41,800 nucleotides of DNA from a virus (taxonomy: Duplodnaviria > Caudoviricetes). The position numbers were made by a program, and so were the translations under genes. Location: the IMG/VR virus record IMGVR_UViG_3300030620_000015, positions 1 through 41,800 of that record, one strand, 5' to 3'. Position 1 is the stretch's first letter; the number at the start of each line of letters is the position of its first letter. This document shows, piece after piece, positions 33,294-41,800 of the stretch. Below the pieces are notes generated by a model. That model ran no database searches and was not told the origin of the DNA. It was given only the letters and a program-made list of their open reading frames with translations.

Positions 33294-35643
33294 TCGACTT
33301 TGCCTCCGACGCGCCCTCTCCGCGCTCGTTCTCGTTCGATCTCACCTTCGGGGATCCAGGCTCCTGCCCAGGCCCCGCAGCTCCCGCGATCGGTGACGCC
33401 CCGCCGCCCAGCAGCCCGGACTGCGCTCCCAGCTGGGCGAACTGCATCAGCATGTCCTCCTGACGCATCTGCTTGAGTTCGAGCGCCTCGTAGTGTTCCG
33501 CGATGTGGGCCCGAGCCTTCGCCGCGCACTGCGGCGAGGCCTCCTCCAACTGCTTGAACTGCGGCGTCGAGAGCTCCTCCATGTGGCTGAGGATGTGCCT
33601 CTGATCGTTGTCGTCCGGGCGTCTCGGCGGCACGTTGCCGTGATACCAGAGCTGGTGCTCCTGGGTCGGCGTCAGGATGTTCGCTTCGTCGGGGACCTTG
33701 ATGAGCTCGTCGACGTCTCGCATGTCGAATCCCTGCTCCAGGATCTTCGCGAGGATCTTCGGCGCGTTGAACGTCTGCGGGCCATACATCTGCGCGAGCA
33801 CCGGGATGCGATCCAGGATGTTCACCAGCTGCTGGACCTGCGTCATCTTCGTTGCGAGCCGATGGCTCGCAAGCGGCTGCACGAGGAACCTGCCGATCAC
33901 CTGGTGCGGCTCGATCATGTAGCGATCCTGGAACTTGATGCCGAGAGGTCCGATGTCACGCACCACCTGCGGGTAGGACATGAACTGCTGGTTGTTCCAA
34001 GCCATCTGATCCAGCATCGGCACCTGCACTTCTTGCTCGTAGGATTCGAGCATCGGATAGAGCCGCAGGTTGGCTTCGTCGATCTCCGACATGTGCTGAG
34101 TCGCGGTCTTGTCGGCCCCGAAGGGGTCCTTCGCCCCCATCGACGGTGACGTTGCTCCGTGGGTTTCGCGGATGTCGACGGTCAGCACGTTCTCAGCCTT
34201 GAGTGCTGCATCGCTGACTTGAGGCACGTGCAGCGGGGCGATCGACCTCTCGATGTCCGGGACCCTGATGCCGAGTCCCGGCTGCAACAGCAGCTGGCCG
34301 GCAGGGATGTTGGCCTCGTCTGAGATCAGCCACATGGGATTCGCTTCGAGCTGCGTGGCGGCCATGAGCAGGTTGCGCTTCATGTCCTTCTCCATCGACA
34401 GTCGGGCGATCATCTCCAGCATGCCGATCCCGTAGAGCTCGTCTTCCAGGCTGATCGGTCGCCAGACCTGGTAGGGCTTCTGCTTGTGCCAGAACGGGCA
34501 CTCGGTGACTCTGGCGATGATCTGCAGCCCGTCTGGATCGATCATCACCACGTTGCACAAGCGGGTCTTGAGGCTTCCCCGGTTGTCCTCGATGACCAGA
34601 TTGCCCCACCAGTCGATGACCTCGTAGTGCGGCGTCTGCGGAGCCCAGCTGGCCTGCCGAGGATCGAAGACGCCGTAGCTGTATGCCTTCCGTTCCTTGA
34701 ACTCATCGCCGAAGCTGGTGTCCGAACTTCCTGGATGGTCTCTCAATTGGTCCAGGTTCTTCCAGTGGCCGAGCTCCCCCATGGCCTTGACCTTGAAGTC
34801 AGGCCAACCACTGCGGTCCGCGCACCACTCTGCATCCTCGATGCTGCTTGCACTCGGCGACGTGAGGAAGTCGAAGATCGACACGTTCTCGCTGCAGTTG
34901 CCGTCGAAGACCAACTCCTCGCGCTTGACCTCACCCAGCTTGTATTTCTGCTCCGTCGGGTTGCTGGTCTTGACCTTCTCCGCAGTGCGGTAGGTCATCT
35001 CCCCAAGCTCCTGCTTCCACCACGTCTTCTGGATTGCGGTGCCGTAGATCAGGCCGTCGCGAATGAACCTCGCTTGCTTGGCCTTGTGCCTGCTCACCCG
35101 CAACTGGTGACGACACAGGATCTCCTGCAGCTTGGAAGCCGGCTCGTGATCCTCATGCAGGCCGTAGAACTTGAAGGTTCTGCTGTCCGCGAACAGCGAC
35201 CGCATCAACTTCGGAAGTGTCGACTCGACCGCCTTGAACGGCTCCGGGCTGTGCAGCTTCGTGCGACCGTAGCTGAAAGAGTCGAGCGTCTCCCCGCGAT
35301 AGAGGCGGTAGAGGATCAGGAACTTGTTGCGAAGGAACTCCATGACGTTGAACACGTCATTGAGCCCGCCCTTCACTGCCGACTTCGCCTGCTCGACTAC
35401 GAACGGGACGTTGGCCAGGTTCTTGTATCCGACCGACTCCTCGTAGAGCCGCGCCTTCTGCGCGACGTCGGTCCCGTCCGTGAAGGCTGACTCGGTCAGC
35501 TCGTAGGGAGCGCTGATCGGCTTGGTGCGATCGCGCTCCCTGTAGGTGCCCATGCCTCTCGATGGCAGGGCCGCGATTCCTCCGCGAGGGTTAGGAGGGC
35601 CGCCTGCGGTAGATGCGTTTCCGAGCTGCGTCCGGTCGCTCAC
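33256..35643 (-). CDS. Portal protein (795 aa)
   Basis: RDGLIYGTAIQK, VSIFDF, PF...PY...ELYGIG, KTAT motifs; position between terminase and scaffold. Confidence 0.9.
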   Translation of the reverse strand: MSDRTQLGNASTAGGPPNPRGGIAALPSRGMGTYRERDRTKPISAPYELTESAFTDGTDVAQKARLYEESVGYKNLANVPFVVEQAKSAVKGGLNDVFNVMEFLRNKFLILYRLYRGETLDSFSYGRTKLHSPEPFKAVESTLPKLMRSLFADSRTFKFYGLHEDHEPASKLQEILCRHQLRVSRHKAKQARFIRDGLIYGTAIQKTWWKQELGEMTYRTAEKVKTSNPTEQKYKLGEVKREELVFDGNCSENVSIFDFLTSPSASSIEDAEWCADRSGWPDFKVKAMGELGHWKNLDQLRDHPGSSDTSFGDEFKERKAYSYGVFDPRQASWAPQTPHYEVIDWWGNLVIEDNRGSLKTRLCNVVMIDPDGLQIIARVTECPFWHKQKPYQVWRPISLEDELYGIGMLEMIARLSMEKDMKRNLLMAATQLEANPMWLISDEANIPAGQLLLQPGLGIRVPDIERSIAPLHVPQVSDAALKAENVLTVDIRETHGATSPSMGAKDPFGADKTATQHMSEIDEANLRLYPMLESYEQEVQVPMLDQMAWNNQQFMSYPQVVRDIGPLGIKFQDRYMIEPHQVIGRFLVQPLASHRLATKMTQVQQLVNILDRIPVLAQMYGPQTFNAPKILAKILEQGFDMRDVDELIKVPDEANILTPTQEHQLWYHGNVPPRRPDDNDQRHILSHMEELSTPQFKQLEEASPQCAAKARAHIAEHYEALELKQMRQEDMLMQFAQLGAQSGLLGGGASPIAGAAGPGQEPGSPKVRSNENERGEGASEAKSNGTARQSNAGAQ

Positions 35644-36574
35644 GGATCACCGGCCCTTCCCGCTGCGACACGGGTTGTCCGCCATCTGCGTGAATGGGTT
35701 GATCCTGTCGGGGACCTTGTCGAAGTCGCTCGACCGAAGCGGCATCCCGACGGTCCTGGTCTGGTTGTTGTCTTCCTCCGAAGGGAGGCTTGGCTTCGGT
35801 GAGTCGTCTTGCTTCTTGGGCATCGAGAACCTCCAGCGCATCGTAGACGGGTCCGACCCAGCCAGGCCACAGCAACGCCCGGCCAGGATGCTGAGACCTA
35901 TACCACCGCAACCACTCCAAGGCACGCTCCGCATCGTAGATCGCCCGTTTTCTGGTCACCGGGTTGTCGGATCCGAAGAAGTAGCCGGTGCCCGTGGCCA
36001 GGGTGAACCCGAGGCAGTAGATCGGGCTGCAACCCATCAGGTGAGCCGTCTGGATCATGAAGCACAGCGAGTTGCCTGACGGGTGGTAGGGGTCGCGGAT
36101 CCTCTTCGGCAAGAACGGGGCGGTGTGGGGCGGCTTGAAGATTCCGGTTCTGGGGTCACGCTTGCCTCCGGGCTTGTGCCTCTCGATCGTGATGTCGCAG
36201 CTCGGCCACTTGCGCTGCCCAACCATGCGAAGCTGCGTGGCTCCAGCCACGGAGTATGGCCCGCCACCGAAGATGCTCTTGTTCGCTACGACAACCATGG
36301 AGTCGGGGCATCGAGCGAGATGGCTTCGCTCTTCCTTCCAGACTCCGAGATCGACGACATGCCAAACGCTGGGGACCAGCGCCCGCAGGGTCCAGTTGGA
36401 TCCGATGACAAGCTCGTCCTGCGCAGCCTGGAGTCCTGCTGACTCAACCAGACCTCCGGCTCCCCCAAGGAGGAAGGCAGCTCTCCCTTGGCCGATCCCT
36501 TCAAGCCAACCCGGATCAGGACTTCTGCCGCCCGGTGCGCGTAGCTGTGCCGCTTTGAAATGAGGGTAGAGCAT
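35591..36574 (-). CDS. DUF115/Maf-like (GT-related) protein
   Basis: AFLLGGAGGL...VIGSN...SGNSLCFMIQTAHLMGCSPIYCLGF pattern. Confidence 0.65.
   Translation of the reverse strand: MLYPHFKAAQLRAPGGRSPDPGWLEGIGQGRAAFLLGGAGGLVESAGLQAAQDELVIGSNWTLRALVPSVWHVVDLGVWKEERSHLARCPDSMVVVANKSIFGGGPYSVAGATQLRMVGQRKWPSCDITIERHKPGGKRDPRTGIFKPPHTAPFLPKRIRDPYHPSGNSLCFMIQTAHLMGCSPIYCLGFTLATGTGYFFGSDNPVTRKRAIYDAERALEWLRWYRSQHPGRALLWPGWVGPVYDALEVLDAQEARRLTEAKPPFGGRQQPDQDRRDAASVERLRQGPRQDQPIHADGGQPVSQREGPVIRERPDAARKRIYRRRPS
35647..35823 (-). CDS. Small hypothetical protein (58 aa), nested in the 3' end of the upstream ORF
   Basis: GGAGG RBS before MPKKQDD; ends 3 nt before the portal start. Confidence 0.55.
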   Translation of the reverse strand: MPKKQDDSPKPSLPSEEDNNQTRTVGMPLRSSDFDKVPDRINPFTQMADNPCRSGKGR

Positions 36575-37626
36575 GCTTTTCCGATCGCCTCCGCTTCGTC
36601 CCTGTGTCTCAGATAATAGAGGACCAGCTCCGCGAAGTGGTCTGGATCCTGAGCCTGCGGGGCCATCGGGAAGAGTCGCGCTAGCTCGCTGCGGTGGTTG
36701 TCGTTCACCACAAGCGTCCCGCACGAAGCCATCTCCAGAAACCTCGGGTTCAGATGCTCGGCATCCAGGTTGCCGTCGTTCCAGAACCCGGTTCCCCACT
36801 TTCTGGGTGGGCCGTCTGGCTTCTTGAGACCCTTCGGCCACGGCATCGCCTGATCGTTTCGGCCCCTTACCCGACGCTTCCAGCACAGCTCGTTCATCCA
36901 CGGGGACCTGTGAACGTTGAGTCCAACGATGCACCTGCTGTAGTGCGACGCGTGATCGCTTAGCGGGATCCACTCCTTCTTGCCCTTTGCCACGTTGGAT
37001 CTCAGGTAGCAGATCCTGGCGCCCTCGACTAGTCTCTCTACAGGCCGCAGCCAATCAGCCCTTGGGGTTAGGGTTCCGTTTCCAAGGAAGAACGCGGAGA
37101 CGTCGCGCTCGCTGTAGTCCCGGTAAGCGAATCGGTCGGTGTCTACTCCTGGAGGAAGGTAAAACACGTGTCTCCTATCCTCCCTGGATAGGCGGTGGAC
37201 ATCGACTGTCGATGGATCCATCGTGAACACGAATCCGAACCGCGGACTGTATCGCGCTGTCTCGCCAACCTCGTATGGCTCGTCGCACAGGTAGACCGCG
37301 GTCTTTGCTCCCACCTTGTGGATCTGACTGAGAAACTCGTTGTTGCTCGCCGCTCGGCCATGGTGGCAGAAGACCAGGTCCGGCCTCCACTGAGAGATGT
37401 TGCGACCAACATCCTTCGCCGTCCCTGGCATGCGACGGCTCCTGTAGGGTGAGAACGAACTGACCTGCGTCCCACGCAGGATCGAGATGTCGAAGACCTC
37501 GACACGGCATCCGATCTTGCGGAACCCCTCGACCCATCCGGACCGGTAGTCGTCGGAGAAGATCAGGCCCGAGTCGTCGGCGACCGCTACTCGAACCGGG
37601 TCAGAGGGACCGATCGAACGGGACAC
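36286..37626 (-). CDS. CgeB-like GT-B glycosyltransferase
   Basis: PDLVF, DEPY, LPPGVD, GLNVHR, NPRFLEMASCGTLVV, HSYAHRA motifs. Confidence 0.85.
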   Translation of the reverse strand: MSRSIGPSDPVRVAVADDSGLIFSDDYRSGWVEGFRKIGCRVEVFDISILRGTQVSSFSPYRSRRMPGTAKDVGRNISQWRPDLVFCHHGRAASNNEFLSQIHKVGAKTAVYLCDEPYEVGETARYSPRFGFVFTMDPSTVDVHRLSREDRRHVFYLPPGVDTDRFAYRDYSERDVSAFFLGNGTLTPRADWLRPVERLVEGARICYLRSNVAKGKKEWIPLSDHASHYSRCIVGLNVHRSPWMNELCWKRRVRGRNDQAMPWPKGLKKPDGPPRKWGTGFWNDGNLDAEHLNPRFLEMASCGTLVVNDNHRSELARLFPMAPQAQDPDHFAELVLYYLRHRDEAEAIGKACSTLISKRHSYAHRAAEVLIRVGLKGSAKGELPSSLGEPEVWLSQQDSRLRRTSLSSDPTGPCGRWSPAFGMSSISESGRKSEAISLDAPTPWLS

Positions 37627-38216
37627 AGCTGATGCTCCTTGGTCGCGATCATGGAGTAGTTCACCGCCTGCATGTGCCACGCAGTTCCTCCGCCTGAGAG
37701 GGCCAGCCTGCTCCAATGCTCGACGGGATCCACATTGCCTAGCGGCTGGACCAGTTTCGCAAACTTCGTCTGCACCATCGCGAACCTGCATCCGGCCTGA
37801 GCCGGCTTGTTGTGCTGCCGGCGAACCGGATGCATCGTCGTGCTCATCGTGTCGGGCAGCGTGTCCACGATTCCGCAGACCGGATCCTTCAAGAAGATCT
37901 GCTGCATCTTGCCGAACCACTGCCGGTCATCGATCCGGACCGCCGGCGAGATCAGGGTGAACAACGCCGTGTGGATGTCCTGCAGGGCTTCCCTGATCGA
38001 CTGATTCAGGCCCACCGGGTGCTGGTTGAACAGCACCTGCCACGGGACGTCGCCTGCGGAGAAGGAGTCGGAGACTGAGGCGGCCTCGTCTGGGGTCGTG
38101 CCGTCCAGGATGGCCACGATCCTGATGGGGACGTCGGTGTCGCGAGCGATCCGTTCGACGCACTCGCTGATGAGCTCGATGTCGCTAGCCTGGGCTGGGA
38201 TCAGCAAGTCGTGCAC
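37587..38216 (-). CDS. GT-A (GT2-like) fold protein, possibly degenerate (209 aa)
   Basis: DLLIP...ECVERI...IVAILDG...N..PVGLNQSI. The DxD position appears replaced (ISPAV). Confidence 0.65.
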   Translation of the reverse strand: MHDLLIPAQASDIELISECVERIARDTDVPIRIVAILDGTTPDEAASVSDSFSAGDVPWQVLFNQHPVGLNQSIREALQDIHTALFTLISPAVRIDDRQWFGKMQQIFLKDPVCGIVDTLPDTMSTTMHPVRRQHNKPAQAGCRFAMVQTKFAKLVQPLGNVDPVEHWSRLALSGGGTAWHMQAVNYSMIATKEHQLCPVRSVPLTRFE

Positions 38217-38439
38217 GCTGGTTCTCCTCTAGTTGTCTCGCCCCCTCGCGGGCGATGAATCGACGCTGGCAACGCTGGCTGCAGAAGACGACGTAGTCCT
38301 TGCATGCCCGGATCGATGACCTTGCCGGCCCTGACGGGACGATCACCAGGTTAGAGCAGCCACGGCATGGGATCTGCGCTTGCTCGTTTGCCATCTGCTC
38401 TTGGTTCCGGATCAGGACCTTCGTCGGGGTCGACAGCAT
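38185..38439 (-). CDS. Small Zn-binding protein (CxxC...FCSxxC)
   Basis: IPCRGC...VFCSQRC. The true start may be ATG 38394. Confidence 0.65.
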   Translation of the reverse strand: MLSTPTKVLIRNQEQMANEQAQIPCRGCSNLVIVPSGPARSSIRACKDYVVFCSQRCQRRFIAREGARQLEENQRARLADPSPG

Positions 38440-38866
38440 ACCCGGTCGGAAGGATCAGTCCATTGGGGGATCGCATCTGCTGGTTCACGGCGTCGTGCTC
38501 GATGTTACCGAACTGCTTGGCTGGATCCCGTAGTTGTCTGAACTGCAGACGCGGATCGATGCCTTCGGACTCCGCGGCCAGATGGGCTGACTCGAGCAGC
38601 TCCTCCCTGGTCCTCGGCCCGAATCGGTAGCTGTCTCCAGGCTGCGCGTTGTGGCCGACCTGCGTTCCGGACAGCTGCTCGATGCCGTTCTGGACGGCGT
38701 TCTGAATCGCCTCCATGACCTGCAGGATCCACTGCTGGCTGCCGTAGCGGCGAACCAGGATGTCCCCTACGGCTTGGGCGGCTTCGGTGGCCTGCGCCAG
38801 AAACTTTCGAGTTCGCCGGACGGTGTTGCGGGGCTTTGGCTGTCCCCGCCCTGCCTGTTGAGCCAT
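38351..38866 (-). CDS. Hypothetical protein (171 aa)
   Basis: MAQQAGRGQPK...; overlaps the terminase 3' end by 100 bp. Confidence 0.6.
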   Translation of the reverse strand: MAQQAGRGQPKPRNTVRRTRKFLAQATEAAQAVGDILVRRYGSQQWILQVMEAIQNAVQNGIEQLSGTQVGHNAQPGDSYRFGPRTREELLESAHLAAESEGIDPRLQFRQLRDPAKQFGNIEHDAVNQQMRSPNGLILPTGYAVDPDEGPDPEPRADGKRASADPMPWLL

Positions 38867-40500
38867 AGGTCTGCTTGTCCTTCTGACCGCTGATCTCGCA
38901 TCACCATCTCCCTCACCGGGTAGCCCCGGTCGGGGTTGAACGAGCCGTCGATCATGGTTGGTTTCTGCACGAAGCCAGACTGAGCGCGCCATCCCGACGG
39001 AGGGGCTGGGGCGATGTGCCTGCCTTCCTTGTCCTGCTTGTCGATGTCGCTGATCGCATCGGGAATGTCGTCATGGGCACTGTAGGGCCACTCGGTCATC
39101 TCACGATACATGGGCATCCACTTTCTCGATTGCTCTTTCAGGCTTCGGGCGAAGTAGATGTTGGCTTGCCGGAATCGGACCTCCGCAGACTCAATCCTGA
39201 TGTCCTTGATCTCCTGGCTCCTGCCAGGGACCGGGAGGATCTTCGGTCTGATGAACGTCTCCCGGCGCATCTCCTCGAACAAGGACTGCAGCAGTTCCTT
39301 GTGGGTGGTGTCCTCGACGACGATTCCGCGCATGTTCAAGGGCTGGTAGCGGTTCCACAGGTCGCAAGCGATCCGCACGCTGTCGCTGGGCTTCCATCGC
39401 CCAACGTAGAAGTCCCGAACGTAGGCCACCCTGTTGCAGTCGAGCGACACAACCCAGAAGCATGTGCGGTCTGCTCTTCCCTTCTTCTTCTCCTCCGCGA
39501 TGAACGCGAAATCCGTGAAGATGTAGGTCCACACGTGTAGAGGGACGTCCCGGTCTTCGATCACCCGGAAGTATTCCGGTCGGAAGATGCGCTCTTCGTC
39601 GAGCGTCGGCTTGTTCTCGTAGAAGCACGCGAACTTGCGCGAGGACATCAACGCCTTCTGCTGTGCGATGAAGGCGTTGGTCAGTCTGCCGGGGAAGAAC
39701 AGCGAGCCATCCTGGTTCTTCCATCCGTGGATCGACGTCTCGAATAGATCCCGCATCTCCTTCGTCTTGAGGATGCGGCAGTAGAGATCGGCGAAGTGGT
39801 GCAGCGTGCCGATCATCAAGATGCGGCACCCGGGATCGAGCTGAGCGAGGATCTCGCTGAACCACTCGAACATCGACTCCAGCGCTTCTGCGGTCCTGGT
39901 GTTTTCGCCGGACACGACGTCGTCCATGATGACCAGGTCCCAGTGGGATCCGGTCCATACCTCGCCGGCACCCGCAGCCAGCAGCGTCGGCTCCTTCGTG
40001 TGCTTGTCCGTCCGGAGGGCCGACGTGAACTCGCCAGAGCCGTCCTTCCAGTCCTTGCCCTTGTGGACCCCGAATCGCTCTCGGAACCATTCCGAGTCGA
40101 TGATCTTCATGGCCTGCTTGACGAACTTGCGGGCCTGCTTGCCCGTCTCGGAGCAGACGACAATCCGGATGTTCGGGTTGCGCGCGATCTCCCAACACGC
40201 CATGGCAACGTTGAACACCGCGGACTTGAAGGACCCTCGCGGCCACAGCTGCAGCTTGTAGGTGTAGATCCCCCGCTCGCTCTCAGGGTCTGAGCGCCAC
40301 TTCCAGTTCAGGATCTCGTGAGCTCCCTTGCCGTGCGGATACTGCTGGGCGTCCGGGGCGCCCCCACAGTCCCTCGCGAAGTCGAGGAAGCCCTCGACTG
40401 TCTTGTAGTAGTCCGTCTCCTGCTGCAGTCGATACTGCCGCAGCTCCTCGGGGCTGAGGTTCTTGACGAACTTAGGAAGGTCTACACCAGCCTTGTCCAA
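38767..40500 (-). CDS. terL: Terminase large subunit
   Basis: WPRGSFKS (Walker A), TGSHWDLVIMDD (Walker B), IGT, nuclease FTDFA...D and HDDIPDA. Confidence 0.93.
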   Translation of the reverse strand: MDKAGVDLPKFVKNLSPEELRQYRLQQETDYYKTVEGFLDFARDCGGAPDAQQYPHGKGAHEILNWKWRSDPESERGIYTYKLQLWPRGSFKSAVFNVAMACWEIARNPNIRIVVCSETGKQARKFVKQAMKIIDSEWFRERFGVHKGKDWKDGSGEFTSALRTDKHTKEPTLLAAGAGEVWTGSHWDLVIMDDVVSGENTRTAEALESMFEWFSEILAQLDPGCRILMIGTLHHFADLYCRILKTKEMRDLFETSIHGWKNQDGSLFFPGRLTNAFIAQQKALMSSRKFACFYENKPTLDEERIFRPEYFRVIEDRDVPLHVWTYIFTDFAFIAEEKKKGRADRTCFWVVSLDCNRVAYVRDFYVGRWKPSDSVRIACDLWNRYQPLNMRGIVVEDTTHKELLQSLFEEMRRETFIRPKILPVPGRSQEIKDIRIESAEVRFRQANIYFARSLKEQSRKWMPMYREMTEWPYSAHDDIPDAISDIDKQDKEGRHIAPAPPSGWRAQSGFVQKPTMIDGSFNPDRGYPVREMVMRDQRSEGQADLWLNRQGGDSQSPATPSGELESFWRRPPKPPKP

Positions 40501-41228
40501 CGGAACCTGATCCTATCGCCGCCGCGCTGCGCCCACCACTTCCATCCGTTCCTTACGGCTCCGATCTTCTTCACCTTGGACCGGAAGATCGCCGTGTTCC
40601 TGCGGAGACTCCGGTCGATCGTCGTGACGATCGCGTCCGGGACATCTTTCAGTCCATAGAAGTGCGCGAAGATGTCGTCTCGCCACACGGACTTGATCCC
40701 CACCGCCCGGAGGCACCGCATCAGCATCACGTCGCTGTAGCCCTTGGCTCCAGCGAAGTCTTCGTCATATCCACCAGCCTTCCAGAAGTCGTTGCGATGC
40801 AGGATATGCGTGTTCGGTGACGTGTTGTCCATCTCCCCGGTCCGCACGTGCTTCAACAGGAAGCGGAGATTCGATCCCTGCTTCATCTTCGATACCGCGG
40901 CGAGGATCTTCTGGATCACTTCCGAGTCAAGGACCATGTCCGGGTCCAGCATCGCGACCCAACCGCCTGCTTCCTGCATCGCCAGATTGCGTGCGCCGCC
41001 TTGGTTCCACTTGATGTCATCATCGACCCTGTAGAGGCGCGCCTCCTTGACGAGCAGTGCAAGCTCTTTGATCTGCGTCTCGTCGACCGGCGGCGCCCCA
41101 TGGTCATCGACGATGAAGACCCGCAGCCGTTCCAGGACGCCATCCGGGTAGCCACGGATCGTGTCGAGCTGCTTCGCCAGCATCATCGGCTGACCGAACA
41201 CCGCCATAGCTATCGTCAGATTGTTCAT
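40482..41228 (-). CDS. GT2/GT7-like glycosyltransferase (248 aa)
   Basis: IVDDHG, WNQGGARNL, LDPDMV (DxD), GGYDEDFAG..GYSD. Confidence 0.88.
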   Translation of the reverse strand: MNNLTIAMAVFGQPMMLAKQLDTIRGYPDGVLERLRVFIVDDHGAPPVDETQIKELALLVKEARLYRVDDDIKWNQGGARNLAMQEAGGWVAMLDPDMVLDSEVIQKILAAVSKMKQGSNLRFLLKHVRTGEMDNTSPNTHILHRNDFWKAGGYDEDFAGAKGYSDVMLMRCLRAVGIKSVWRDDIFAHFYGLKDVPDAIVTTIDRSLRRNTAIFRSKVKKIGAVRNGWKWWAQRGGDRIRFRWTRLV

Positions 41229-41755
41229 GGCTTGCGGAGAATCATCACCCGGCGAGCATGTCTGGTGCTCTGGTGAACTGGATCGAATCTCATCTCGGTG
41301 ACGTGCTTCCAGATCTCGTCCGGGTCATTCACTGCATGCTTGTCCTCTCGGTCAGGAAGCGCAACGGCCAGGATCTCCTTCCGCTCCAGCATCCCGGCGC
41401 CCACCTTGAGCGCGTCCTTCCAGTCGGTGATGTGCTCCAGGCTGTCCAGGAACAGCACGGCGTTGAAGTGGCTTCCGGCGAAGTCGTGAACCGTCCCAAG
41501 CCTGATGAGGTTCCCGTGCCACTTGCCAAGGTCCACGGCGTAGGGATCGGTATCGCACCCTACAGGGTAGCAGCCGGACTCCTTGAGCTTATTCATGATG
41601 AGGCCTTCCCCGCAGCCGACCTCAAGAATCACCGATCCAGGGCTCAAGACGCTCTGTAGAGCTTCGACGAGATCGATGACGTGCAGTCGGTAGGGATCGC
41701 GCTGCTTGTTGAATGCCGCGTAGTGGTAGGCTCCGCGATCCCTGTATTTACTCAC
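41225..41755 (-). CDS. Class I SAM-dependent methyltransferase (176 aa)
   Basis: ILEVGCGEG, GCD, DSLEHI motifs. GTG 41755 has AGGAGG upstream. Confidence 0.88.
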   Translation of the reverse strand: MSKYRDRGAYHYAAFNKQRDPYRLHVIDLVEALQSVLSPGSVILEVGCGEGLIMNKLKESGCYPVGCDTDPYAVDLGKWHGNLIRLGTVHDFAGSHFNAVLFLDSLEHITDWKDALKVGAGMLERKEILAVALPDREDKHAVNDPDEIWKHVTEMRFDPVHQSTRHARRVMILRKP

Positions 41756-41799
41756 CTCCCATGCCTCCTGAACGAGAACCACTCGTTGTCGAAGATATC
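41752..41799 (-). CDS. 3' end of a truncated upstream gene (...DIFDNEWFSFRRHGR)
   Basis: Open to the window edge; its stop overlaps the methyltransferase GTG. Confidence 0.5.
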   Translation of the reverse strand, partial: DIFDNEWFSFRRHGR

Positions 41800-41800
41800 T

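Noticed and set aside
1-41800. Genome-wide TGA reassignment (genetic code 4 or 25) as the explanation for in-frame TGAs
   Set aside because: Most genes end in TGA within ATGA/GTGA/TGATG overlaps, and the long conserved genes have no internal TGA.

Overview
This window looks like most of a high-GC tailed dsDNA phage genome (podovirus-like gene set), truncated at the right edge, with two converging arms. The + arm (about 0.7-13.0 kb) follows a repeat-rich non-coding left end. It carries small early genes, an SNF2-type helicase, an SSB-like protein, a Zn/Toprim primase fused to an MCM-like AAA+ helicase and a RecU-like resolvase. The - arm (41.8 to 13.0 kb) carries a methyltransferase/glycosyltransferase cluster wrapped around the large terminase. 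It then continues through portal, scaffold, major capsid, head-tail and tail proteins, ejection proteins, a 1853-aa polyvalent protein (GNAT + HExxH + LPD38-like) and two lipoproteins with u-spanin topology. No integrase, DNA polymerase, endolysin, tRNA or CRISPR array was recognised. The top observation is three small, tightly coupled genes (5329-5670, 6610-6987, 30397-30209) each interrupted by one in-frame TGA. Two of these TGAs are followed at the expected distance by a bacterial SECIS-like hairpin with a GGUC loop, sharing the 12-mer CTGCGGTCGCGG in different codon phases. This suggests phage-encoded selenoproteins that rely on the host Sec machinery. All family calls come from motif recognition by eye, not database searches.
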